From Pseudogymnoascus verrucosus (taxonomy: Eukaryota): a stretch of DNA of 64,000 bases. Below the pieces are notes generated by a model. That model worked only from the letters and a program-made list of their open reading frames with translations. It was not told the DNA's origin and ran no database searches. Position numbers and translations under genes: made by a program. Shown here one piece after another: positions 13,819 to 25,143 of this stretch. The number at the start of each line of letters is the position of its first letter. Positions within the stretch are counted from its first letter, which is position 1. The stretch is taken from assembly GCA_001662655.1 (NCBI GenBank), contig KV460257.1; one strand, 5' to 3'.

Positions 13819-14642
13819 GTTGGCAGTGTTCTTCTGGGGGATGTGGGTGGTTTCTGTGTTGGTGGTTGGGGAAGGGGCTAGCAGGGGTTAATACGTTTTA
13901 TATATGCTCGTTCACTTGCTTGTTCTGGTAGAATATAGGATGGAATTAAAGAAAGGATTCTTTTGGAATTATTAGTCGTTGTGCCAGGTTTACCCTGTCT
14001 TTGTCTTGAATGGGTAGAACGGGTGCACTCTGCGCCCTTCTGGTTTTATCTGCGGTTGTTAAGTTTATGGCAAACAACAAGGGCGCAGAACAGTCGGCTC
14101 AGTCTCATGCTTTGGGTTTTCCATGAAGGTTATTATACAAAGATACTAAACGTAGGCAAAGAGGTTGTGATTGATGTGTTGTATATGCTATGTCTGTTTG
14201 GAGTAGGGGGAAGTATGGGCATGTGTATGTATGTGCTGAAATATATCGGACTATATCAAATTATTCAGTACACCTCTCCTCTCCCTCCGTTTTTACCCTC
14301 CTGTTAACCCCCACCATTATTCTCCCATTACTCATCTTCCCATCCAAACACGCGTCATCCCCACCGCCAAAGTCAGTGGAGGCACAGCTCAAAGTAAGAA
14401 AGAGAACGAATACACGAGCATGGGATAGAGATATAGTATCTGAAATTCACACGGAACCTCAGCCGCTACAGGATGCTAATATATATATATATATAGTGTA
14501 AAGAGACCAGACTAAGCAAATGAGATGACCTACCTATTATTTTCTACCACTGATTCTACTGCCACTGCTATTCTCCTGCTGTCTCGCCGCCGTAGCCACT
14601 TCAGTATAGTAATACATACTATCATGATACCACCGACAACAT

Positions 14643-14993
14643 CTACCCCAAATAGTCAACCCAATTCGTCTTCGAATCAACAAACACCATCCTCCCATCC
14701 TCCGGATCACTAGGCATGTCTAGCGTCCATCGGTCCTGCGCCAGCAGCCGCGAGAGCTGGCATGTATGCAGGAGCGCCGGGATCGTGGTCCATGTAGGAG
14801 AAATGATCTCGGTCCACCGCATTTGAGCTGGGCCTATCTGCAGAGCTTGGGGAATCGAGGAGTAGCGGATGATGAAGTCACGGCCTGGGACAGAATGGAT
14901 GGCGTGCTGCCAGATCATCGCTTGGATCTCGATGGGGAGATCGGGGAAACTGGGGAAGGAGGTTAGTTGTGTGGGGGGGGAAGGGGCCGGCAT
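14643..14993 (-). CDS. 2EXR-domain protein (paralogue 2), 116 aa
   Basis: FPSFPDLPIEIQAMIWQHA ... IPALLHTCQLSR; TATA-like element at ~15173-15180. Confidence 0.7.
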   Translation of the reverse strand: MPAPSPPTQLTSFPSFPDLPIEIQAMIWQHAIHSVPGRDFIIRYSSIPQALQIGPAQMRWTEIISPTWTTIPALLHTCQLSRLLAQDRWTLDMPSDPEDGRMVFVDSKTNWVDYLG

Positions 14994-15896
14994 CTTGAAA
15001 AAAGGAAAGGGGGTGGGGGAAATCTTGATCGTGTCCTACTTTTGGGTTGTTGCGCTGTTTTGTAAAGTGAGAATGTGGTGTGGTGTTCTTCTTGGGGTTA
15101 CTGAAGGGCTTTAGGTGTGTTTTGGTGGTTCTGTCTGGTTAGAAGAGGAGTGGGAGGGAGGTTCCAGTGGTCTTATATAGACCTAATCAGCTGTTTATTT
15201 TAACGCGAATATGAGATGAAACTCGAGAGAAGGTTGTTCGTTCGAATGATTCGTCGTTTGTGGGTGCAGCAGCTGCCGTCTTTGTCCGGAGCGGATTCAT
15301 GATGAACGAGAATTCGAGAACAATAGACCAATGAATAGATATTATTCTTTGTGCAGAGTGCTTTGTATAAAGGATATTCTACTTATGATACTGTTCGTAG
15401 GAGCTAATTGTTGCATATGCTAAAGGGAGGTGGCTGTGCTAAATACATGATATTACGTAGCAAACAGTACTGGGAAATTGCATTATTCTTAGATATCCTT
15501 CCTTTGTCGTCAAGCAGATAATCCATATATGGATCTATCCAAACGACCTTCCCTCTTTGAAGACAACTTGAAATTTCTAAGACACAATCGGCCTTAGTAG
15601 TCCTTCGTGTACTTCTCACATCCCTCACTGCTCAAAGTAAAAAAAAGGGGGCGGATACACGAGCATGGTATAGGGACGGTAGCATCCAAGATACCGCGGG
15701 ATGCTAGAATATAGTATATATTGAAGACCACTGTCTTAAGCTGATAAAAGACCTGCTTGTTATGACCTACCTACTATTTCCCTACTATTGGTTCTACCAC
15801 CATCGCCGCTCTCCTGCTATATCGCCGCCGCAGCCGCTCAAGTATGCCAATATATATATACTAAAGACCACCGCGTCAAGCCTCTAAGAGACAGAG

Positions 15897-16262
15897 CTAC
15901 CTACTATCATCATACCAGTCCCCCTGAAACTTCACTGCCCCGCCCCACTCTCTACGGACCTTCTCCTTCCACTCACTCTCCAATATTGCCGTAACTCCAT
16001 ACGGAAACACCAGCGTCCAGCGTTGGCTTGCCAGCAGGCGCGAGAGATAGCACACATGCAGCAGCGGGGGGATGTCGGCGCGCCCGCTCAGCATCTGTGT
16101 TTGCTGGTTGAGAGTGTAGGAGCGGAGGATTAGGGCGGGCGCGGGGTCGGAGGCGACGGCGAACTGCCAGATCATCAATTGGATCTCCATGGGGAGGTCG
16201 GAGAAGTTGGGACGGGAGGTTAGTTGTGTGGGAGGGGCCGGGGGGAGGGATGGGGCCGGCAT
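15897..16262 (-). CDS. 2EXR-domain protein (paralogue 3), 121 aa
   Basis: PNFSDLPMEIQLMIWQFA ... IPPLLHVCYLSR; same MPAPS start and start context (ggccggcatcttgaaaaaa on +) as paralogue 2. Confidence 0.7.
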   Translation of the reverse strand: MPAPSLPPAPPTQLTSRPNFSDLPMEIQLMIWQFAVASDPAPALILRSYTLNQQTQMLSGRADIPPLLHVCYLSRLLASQRWTLVFPYGVTAILESEWKEKVRREWGGAVKFQGDWYDDSR

Positions 16263-17033
16263 CTTGAAAAAAGAGGGGGGGTGATGGTCCTACCTTTTAG
16301 ATTGTCGCGTTGGTTTGTGGGTGAGACTGTGGTATTTGTGTTCTTTTGGGTTTGCTAAAGGGGGTTTGGTGTGTTTTGGTGTTTCTGTCTGGTTAGGAGA
16401 AGAGACGGGAGGGAGGTTCACGTCGTCTTATATAGACGCGGCCATAACAATTATTCTGGTGCGGGTATGAGATGAAACTTAATATAGAGGGGGTGTTTGT
16501 TTGAATCATTCATCTGTTGTGGACGAATTGGTCTCCGTCCAGGGCGGATTCAATGGCTGTTGTTCTGGATTAATGTATAATTGCTTTGTCTATGGCGAAT
16601 GAAAGTTCGGGAACAATAAACGAATGAATAGATATTGTGCTTTGTGCTCTATGTTAGGGGTACTGTATTTATGATATTGTTCGTTAGAGCCTATGTGCGG
16701 ATACTGAAAGGACGTGGTTGTGCTAAATATACCGTATAAACGAGCTTACTTGTAGATACTGACGAGGAAGCAACTGTCAAGGACGAAAGAGACTATATTT
16801 AGGCTATGATACATAGCAAACTGTACTATGACACTGTCCAGATATTACTGTTAGCACTCGCGTAGATATTCCCTTGTTCTCGGACATCCTTTTTCAAACA
16901 GATGATCCACCGCTACGTACGAATCTATCAAAACTGCCCTCCCTCTTTCAGAACCCCTCAAAGCTTCCAAGACCCAATCGACCTTGGGAGTCTTTCATGC
17001 TATTCTTTCATCCCCCACCCTCCCATTCCACCT

Positions 17034-18303
17034 CTACAGCGGCGCCATCAACCCAAACGCTTCCGCAAACGCCACCCCACCATCCCCCCCCTCGGCCCCA
17101 ACCTGTATCCCCATACTCTCCCACACCCTCTTCTTCACATCATCGTCCTCGATATCGAGGCCTGGGAAGCCGGCGTGCACGGCGGTGAAGCTGTACCGCG
17201 AGAGAACGCGCCACATGGATGCGAGTGCGCGTGGGGGGAGGGGAATCATCTGTTTGAGTCGTTAGTTTACTTATATCCCGAGTCGCAAGTTTTTGAAGGT
17301 GAGAGTGGGAGAAATGGGAAGGGGGGGAGAGAAATAACATACATTCGGATAACTCCACATAAACGCAAAACTATTCATCCCCTTCGGTCTCTCGTGTGGT
17401 CTCCAGTCACCAACCCCGGAGGGGGTAGGCATAATCGTGTCTCCCACTAGGAGTCGGGAGTCGTGCAGCAGGACCATGGATCCGGGGAAATGGCCGCCTA
17501 CTTTTATAGCCTTTGCTCCCGTTTCCCGTCCATCTTTGCCAGGAATCTCCAATTCCCCACCCTCCCCGTCAATGAACCTCCTCACCGGCTCTTTCGGGTT
17601 CGGCTCTTCTTCAACAAGCCATTCCTTATCGTCACTAGCCAGATAAACTGGGCATTTAAATACCGCAGCCCACAATAAATGGGTGCTATAAAAATGGGGG
17701 TGGGAAATCACAATCCCGACCAGACCGCCCAGATCGCGTATGGAGCTGACGAGGGAGGGCGTGAGGAGGGTGATGCAGTCCCAGAGGATGTTGCCGGCGG
17801 GTGTGTGGACAAGGAGGGCGCGTTGGCCAATGGCGAGGCGGGGTGAGGAGTGGACTATGGAGAGGGAGGCGGCGGTGGGGTGTGGGGAGAGGAAGCTGGT
17901 GTGGTTGAGGCGGAGGGAACGGAGGGTGGTGAAGGATTGACCGGTTGGGGGGACGTATTGGCGGGCTAAAAGGGGTTAGCAGTTGTCAGAACAAGCGTAA
18001 GCAGTGTTGGAATTGAGAGGGGTAGGGTAGGAGGGGTTCTATGCGGTGACCTCTGAGAGAGGCTTCATGCATGATCGATCGAGGCGGAAGAGTGCATGAT
18101 GGGGTGAGATCTGAGATTTGGTATTTGAGATGTGGAAGGTGGGGGAGGGTGAGATTTGCGCAAGGAGGGAGCTTACGATCATCGCAGATGCGACAGCTTG
18201 TTAGGAGAGCTGCATTAGAGGTGCCGTATTGGGTGCCGCATGTTGCGCAGATGAGAAGATCGTCGCGGGAGTACAGGATGTCGTTGTCTGTGGTGGTCGC
18301 CAT
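17034..18303 (-). CDS. Metallo-beta-lactamase-fold protein with N-terminal CxxC..CxxC motif
   Basis: Introns 18176-17966 and ~17342-17250. Spliced protein ICATCGTQYG..CRICDDPRQYVPPTGQSFTT, ISHPHFYST, GGHFPGS, LLVGDT, FMWSYPNMIPLPP. Confidence 0.85.
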
Positions 18304-18788
18304 TGTGTTATTGGGCTGGGTGGTGTTTTGTGGATATGTGAGGAAATAGTAAAGAATAAAGACAGAAAGTATATGAATATATGTTATATATGTAAAGGTA
18401 TATGTTTGTATGTAAAGGTATATGTTTGTATGTTTGATGTTGACGCTGATGATGATGATGATGGTGGTATAGCCATGGTCAGGCCATCAACGATAACGAT
18501 AAGGCAAACCCTGGGCCGCGGAGCTACCCCGCATTCTTGGCTCCAAAACGACGGAGCAGAACCGGCGGTCTAGTCCCAATAAGGATAAACGCGCCTTCTG
18601 GCTATCGCATACCTTCGGCTGGACCTATCAGTTTTGGGGAAATGCGGTAGTATAAGAATGGCTGGACCCCTCGATTTCTAACTTACTCTTCTATTTACTC
18701 TCCTTGGCCCTCAAAAAAATCCACCATTCCTTATTCTTCTAATTTTAACTTGTACCTTCCAAATACCTTTGATCAATATCCCTGCGAT

Positions 18789-20596
18789 ATGGTGTTTATA
18801 ACTGGCTATCTGCAGCACCGCAGGGATTGGTACGTTTCTCCAATTCTATTGGAGTGCGGGGAAAGTAGCTGATGAGCACCGCATGATAGCAAACTGAAAC
18901 AAAACGAACGTACCGAGAGGATCGCTGCACTTACAAAGTATCATGGTGCATTCACTGCCTCGGAACGCCAGGTCCTAGATAAGTCGGTCGAGGAGCTCGT
19001 CCAAGATGTCCAGAAGGAAGTCGTCCAGCCCATAGATGTGCTCCGCGCATACGGAAAGGCGGCACTGAAGGCGCAGGAGAAGACCAACTGCTTAACAGAG
19101 ATTATGATAGGTGCCTGTGAAGGCTGGTTGGCCGATGGCTCTATAAACTTCAAGGGGCCTCTGGCAGGTATTCCCGTGAGCTTGAAGGACTCGAATGGCG
19201 TCGCTGGCTTCGACACGACGGTTGGCTACTCTAGCAAGGTTGGAAACAAGAAGACGGTTGACGGCCCGTTGGTGCGCCTGCTGAAGGATGCTGGCGCTGT
19301 ACCATACGTCAAGACAAATCTCCCAATCACCCTACTGAGCTTCGAATCGGCCAACGATGTATGGGGCCGCACCACGAACCCACATAACTCAAAGTATTCG
19401 CCCGGAGGTTCCACGGGTGGCGAAGGTGCACTACTCGCCTTTGGCGGTGGCAGGATCGGTATCGGCTCCGATGTAGCGGGAAGCGTGCGCGCACCCGCTC
19501 ACTTCTCGGGAATTTACAGTTTACGTTGCTCGATCGGTCGCTGGCCAAAGGCAGGCGCCGACACGTCGATGCCAGGCCAGGAAGGAGTCCCCAGTATCTT
19601 TAGCCCCATGACCAGGACAATGGGTGACCTGTCGTATTTTACCGAGTCGATTATTGGCATGAAGCCATGGAAATACGATCACTCAGTCCATCCAATTCCA
19701 TGGCGCAAAGACATATCGGAGGAGATCAAGAACCGGAAGGTCCTCAAAGTCGGGATCCTTCGCTCCGACGGCGTCATTGACCCATCCCCAGCCTGTGTCC
19801 GCGCCCTAGACAAAGCCGCCGACGCACTCCGTGCCCAAGGCCACGAAGTCACCGAGCTCTCCGGCATGCCAGACATGTACGAAGCTCTGGAGCTCGCCTC
19901 AAAGCTGCTGAACTCGGACGGCTGCCAGACATTCGAGTCCTTCCGTCGTCCCGGCGAGTGGGTAGACCGTGGCGCAGCGCAAATGAGCTACTACGCCTGG
20001 CTCCCACGGCCGATCAAGTGGCTGTACGCGGTATATGTTAGGTACGTGCGTCGTGACCCTGTGTGGGCTGGTATCCTGGAGGGCTGGGGTCCGAAGTCGG
20101 CGTTCGAACAATGGAAGTTGGTTGCGCGGCGCGAGGCGTACAAAGCGCGCTGGCATGAGTGGTGGGAGAAGGAGGCGAAGGTTGATTTCATTCTTACGCC
20201 GCCGAATGCGACGCCTGCGGTGCCGCATGATGCTATGGGGGATGCGTGCTCGAGCTGCGGCTACACATTCTTGTGGAACTTGGTAAGAAGGTCATTATTT
20301 GCCCTGTTAGGAACACAGCTGACTTCTTTATTTAGATCGATTATACCGCCGGTATCGTCCCGATCACCCACGTTGACCGGACGCTTGATGCCCTGCCTGC
20401 AAGTTTCAGTCTGCGCAAGCTGAATGGTGTGGCAAGAGGCGCGTATATGCACTACGACGCCGATGCGATGCACGGCCTCCCCGTCGCCGTGCAAGTAGTA
20501 GGCCGGAGATTGGAAGAGGAGAAGGTCCTAGCAGCCATGGAAAGGCTCGAGGACGCTCTGGGAGATGATAAGTACCAATTATTAGCGCTTGACTAG
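18789..20596 (+). CDS. Amidase-signature family hydrolase (acetamidase/general amidase-like)
   Basis: ATG 18789, introns ~18830-18889 and ~20283-20335, TAG 20594-20596. Motifs PVSLKD, SPGGSTGGEGALLA, GSDVAGSVRAPA (Ser-cisSer-Lys triad) and C-terminal GLPVAVQVVGRRLEEEKVL. Confidence 0.92.
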
Positions 20597-20695
20597 GTGG
20601 TATTGTAATGGTCCTTTGACAGCATGTTGGCCGGCGTATAGTATCAATTAGCATAATGAAGCCAAATATATCAATATCACAATCTACAACCCCGC

Positions 20696-21569
20696 TCAGA
20701 TCTTCCTCGCCTTAACCCTCAACCTCACATACCCCAAATAGTACCCCCCAGCCGCAGACCCCACCACCGTCTCCAACGCCTCCACAACCTCTTTCACGCA
20801 CTCATCCCTCTCACCCTCCGCTACCGCATCCAAAAACAACTTCCCCATCAATCTCACCCACCCCTCCACTCCACCTCCAGCACCCTCCTCACACTTCGTC
20901 GGCCGATACTCCAACTCCACATCCTCAACTGCAAACCCCACTTCCCCCAGTACATTCCTCATCCACCTCTCATCCGGGAAAAACCACGGATCAACCTCAC
21001 GTGCACGCTTCATCCCAATTCTCCGCGCCACAACTGCAAGGAGCGTAGCTTCCATCTCTGCCACGTTACCCTGTCCGCCCATCTCAAACACGAGGGTTCC
21101 ACCCGGCGCGAGGGCGGCGTGAGCACCGCGGAAGACGTCTACGCGCGATGCCTCATCGCGAAGAATCCAGTGCAACGCCGCGTTAGAGAAGACCTTTGTG
21201 AAAGCCCCCGTTTGAAGAGATGGAGTGGAGGAGAGAGAGCGTGCGTCCAAAACGGCGTAGGTTGTGTTTGCGGGGGCGGCGGCTGTAGCAGTGCTGATCA
21301 TGGAGGCGGAGGAGTCAATGCCGTGGAGGGTGCCGGTGGTGAGGGTTTTGGCGAGGTCGTTGGTGAGGATGCCATCTGGGGGAGTTAGTTGAGGGAGGAA
21401 AGTTAGGAGGGAGAGGGGACGCACCACCACAGCCTATGTCGAGGACTTTGTCGGTTGGTTGGATGTCGAGCCATTGGACTACTTTGGTGGCTAGTTTGGG
21501 GACGAAGGCGGCGGCGTTTTGGTAGGCGGTGGAGGACCAGTTGTCCGCTGCTGGGGCGTTGGTGGCCAT
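20696..21569 (-). CDS. Class I SAM-dependent methyltransferase (trans-aconitate MTase-like)
   Basis: Intron 21424-21376 joins VLDIGCG to DG (motif I VLDIGCGDG); also VFSNAALHW, LAPGGTLVFE and YVRLRVKARK. Confidence 0.9.
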
Positions 21570-22543
21570 TGTGGTTGAGTAGGGATGTGATGGGAGTTGG
21601 GGGTGTATTGATAGTGGATTTGTATGATCAGGTTATGATAAGATGGGTCTTAAAGTATGATATCACAGGACAAGCCGTCTGATGGGCAGAGGAAAATAAT
21701 ATGAGATTGTAAAATAATGAACAGATGAGGGAAATACATAAGGCTTTATATGCACTTCTTCATCCCAGTATTGCCGTCTTACCTACATAGGAAGCTCAGT
21801 TGGCTGGCACATGTTGGTTATCAATCGCCCTCTGAGGTCGAGGTGGCTTCCGATCTCGGAGCCGTGCTGTCATGGCGCCCTGTAGGACTGGGTCCAGGGG
21901 AAATACTGTGTCACAATGAGCCCACTTCATGTCAATTTTTCTCCTGGATGACTGATTGCTCGTTTGATCGTAGTTGGGGTTTGTTTTGTTTTCATGTCGA
22001 CTAAGATGTGTTGGTGAGGCAAGCTTTCGTGGTGGTGCGGAGAAGGGACCGCCCAGGTGTCTATGTGGGGTATATGTTTGTAAATTAACGTCGCCTCGTC
22101 GTCCTGAACAAGAAACCAAAAAGAATGCCGAATTTTAAGAACGAGTAATAGACTCTCAATTATGAGATTGACTTTATTGTAGTCTGTATCGACCTCTTCT
22201 CGCACATTCGTCCTCACTTGCTGTATGCCTCCGTATTGAAATAAGTACTTGTCGTGGAAACATTTGGACACCCAAACGAATAATCTTAGTATATTAGCAA
22301 AATAATCGCAAAGAGAGAAAGACGCTGAGGCTGAGGCTAGAATACAATATATGTGCTGGCATGTGTCAGTCTTTTCAGACATTATGAAAAAATATATAAA
22401 TCCAGTCTATCACACCACCTCCCCTGGCCTCCCAGCACGCCAACAACAGTCTATTGCATTTTAATTCAACCTAATCAGCCGTCCAACATAAAACGCCAAT
22501 ACAACCTCTTCAAAAGGCTATACTTCCAGTCAAATCTCAAGCG

Positions 22544-22807
22544 ATGCGTTCTGTTCTCTTTATTCTCGCGATTTTCGGCACCCTCGGCGCCTACAAGGTG
22601 CATTCAGCATGCGACTACACCAGCGGTTGCGAATGTAGCCGCCTAGGGATTCAACTCCAATACTGTGGTTGATGTCCGCAAATAAGTAATATTAAGCCTG
22701 AAGACCGGTTCGATGTGTATGAGTGTGCCTTAGACAGAGGTTGCTGCCATTATGGACCCCGTGCCTCCTGTGCCAAAGAAGATCAGAGCAAATGTGGTAC
22801 TATTTAG
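22544..22807 (+). pseudogene. Small secreted 10-cysteine protein interrupted by one in-frame TGA (pseudogene or recoded gene)
   Basis: MRSVLFILAIFGTLGAYKVHSACDYTSGCECSRLGIQLQYCG*CPQISNIKPEDRFDVYECALDRGCCHYGPRASCAKEDQSKCGTI*; TGA at 22670-22672; signal-peptide-like N-terminus; TATAAA at ~22395. Confidence 0.75.
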
Positions 22808-23600
22808 AGCAAAACGAAATGCACAATGTAAGTATTGACTTGTGTTTATCAGAACGAAAGGAGCCCACACTGATCTATAAAGAGGAATTGGCAATCATAT
22901 GAGGAAGACCCGGGCTAAGGTTTCAATAATTTTCTCGAATGGTGCGTTGATGTTGCGAGTATTAGGGAGCAAAGTGTTAAAGGTCATTGTCGGCAGGCAG
23001 GCCTTATGTCAGAGAGATATAGTTGATGTACACTACATCAGCTTTATTGTTTCGAAATAGAACTAAGCTACTTGTGCTGGATTAAATATATTTGCACAGG
23101 AAATAATATGTGTTTATGGAAGACATGTACATTATCACTTTCCACAATACAAGAGAGTTAGCTCGGATCCTTCATACTTGGCGCCAACTACGACTTATCA
23201 TCGGCGCTGCTGTCATATTTAATAGTGTGATGATGCTGAATCTACTTGACCAGTAGCCATCCCATAGGTGACACAGATTGTCGCTGTCAGTTGCGGAAGA
23301 GCAGGGATTCCTGTAGGGCTGAACTTTAAACGAGTTTTGGACCAGGGAAGGCTGAGATTAAAGCATCGCAACCAACCGAGTTGCTTCCTTCGCGTCTAGC
23401 CGGCCTCACCGAAAGGGTGTCAAAGATCGAAGGAGCAGTCACGCGCGAAATGGCTATGTTAGAGCATAACCCCCTGTCTTTCGTCGGTTAGGCACCGCCT
23501 TCGAGGTTATGTATGTAACGTTATAGGGGTCCTCTTTCGCTATGGCTCTGCATTTGTTGCTATTTGATACGATAAATCTCGTCTCAGTTCGTCGTAAAAG

Positions 23601-24776
23601 ATGAGAGCGTTCAATACAATAGCGCTTCTAGCAACCACTGTCTTTGCGCATAAACCTTTCCAGAATGCAGACCCACTATGGTACAGCGATGCGAACAGGA
23701 CCTGCCGACTTGAAGCAAAAATAACAAGCCCTTTTTGGCTTCATCGGTGGATTGGCACTTACTACAATGGCACTATCGTATGTAGATGTTCTATTGCACG
23801 CTCATATTCGAGATTCGATTGCGTCCGAAGTATGACGCTCGATATAAGGCAGATATATAGTACCTTTTGCTAACATCTACTGTAACTGCAGGAAGTCACA
23901 GTAGATGTCCCAAGTGACGGCCTTTGTGGGAATCAGCGTACTCATTTCTACGAGACTTACACCGGTGTTTTGTCCCTCCTCGATGTTGGGCCAAATCCTG
24001 ACCATGACTACGGGATAATCTTTGTTAATCCATTCATTTTTTTGTTAGATGGCTGGGCTCCCGATACAACGCAGACTAGCCTCTTAGCCAACCTCACCCG
24101 TCCAGCATATCTCCCACCGGCTGTCAAACTTGAAATGGAGAGTGTAATGAATTTCCGAGAACAAAGCGCCGATTTCCTACCCTGGGACCTACAGCCTGAC
24201 CTCCTCTGGCCTACCTGCGAAGTCGTCAACACAAATATAAGTACGGCTTCTGGCTACAACTTTATCTGCCGCTGTCGGGGAGATCTATTTGACTCCGGCC
24301 AGTTCTCCCTTCCAATTAGCACCTGCAACCACTCGAACATCGCACCCTTTGTAGCAATGAACGGCATGAACCTTTATGGCAATACGGATACCCTGCGCGG
24401 AACCTTTAATGAGAAGTCTGCAGACTTTGAATGGATCTCAAGGTTTTATGGCTGTTTCACAACGGATTCTCTCAAACAGCGTTCTACATACTACTGCGAG
24501 GATAGATTCTCGCAAACTGGCACTTTCACCATGAAATTCAAGGGCAACGTCGATGCTGAGAACAGCCATCAGATGGTGCTAGGGCCAGGAAACAATATTT
24601 CCTGGGTGGAGGATCCGAAGAAGTCGAATGTTACCAATTTCTGTGCTGCGGCGCTAAATGAGGACCAAAATGTGACTCAAACTGACGAGGACCTGGGTGT
24701 AAGCCTTCATACTACAACGTGGATGGCAGCTGCTATTATAGTTGGCTGGAGTTTGGTCTGGGTTAATTACTTGTGA
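23601..24776 (+). CDS. Secreted or cell-surface glycoprotein of unknown function, possibly GPI-anchored
   Basis: Exon 23601-23777, intron 23778-23891 (GTATGT..CTAAC..CAG), exon 23892-24776 in frame. Signal peptide MRAFNTIALLATTVFA, many NxS/T sites, several Cys, hydrophobic C-terminus WMAAAIIVGWSLVWVNYL. Confidence 0.75.
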
Positions 24777-25143
24777 GCGTTTCTTACCATTGATACCTGG
24801 CTGTATTCCAGGTGATCAGTTTGGGGTCCGGATTGGCTCGCGCACTGATGGGGTCCAAGAACGGTAGGAGCGGAATAATTTTTGGGGGGTTTGAATTGCA
24901 AATAATGTTGGAGATATCAGATAGTGAAATATATGTAGTATGTTATAGATGGTAGAACTTCCTGAGCTTCTGAGAACTGAATGCCGTGTTCTATTTAAAG
25001 ACAGGGTCGATCATTAGCTAAGCAAGCTAGCTCCGACGGTTCCTGAAGGTCGCAAGGCTGAAAGGCTGACGGGGTTCGAGAACACCGAGATTGCCAGGGA
25101 AAGCAGAAAGGCAACACCAACGGCCTTCCTCGATAATGATCAT

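Larger units (their letters stand above)
14385..17015. repeat. Diverged head-to-tail tandem duplication (unit A ~14385-15627, unit B ~15628-17015)
   Basis: Matching blocks: gctcaaagtaa..atacacgagcatgg (14387/15630); atgacctaccta (14525/15762); ttctgtctggttag..gggagggaggttc..tcttatatagac (15129/16383); atgaatagatatt (15331/~16624); tgtgctaaata (15435/16719); gatctatccaaac..ccctcttt..aagacacaatcg..cctt (15532/16921). Confidence 0.85.

Noticed and set aside
15404..15628. 74-aa ORF with KVVWIDPYMDYL, resembling the end of a 2EXR domain
   Set aside because: It has a non-ATG start, and the DNA aligns to the MBL gene's non-coding 3' flank (~16806-17015), so the resemblance is probably chance.
17966..18176. 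211-nt MBL intron as a stwintron or C/D snoRNA host
   Set aside because: No internal donor/branch/acceptor set reconstituting a second intron; the C-box match is poor and I recognise no rRNA guide.
25065..25090. GGTTCGA T-loop-like motifs (also ~41394, ~44180, ~22708) as tRNA genes
   Set aside because: No flanking T-stem, acceptor stem or A-box forming a cloverleaf.
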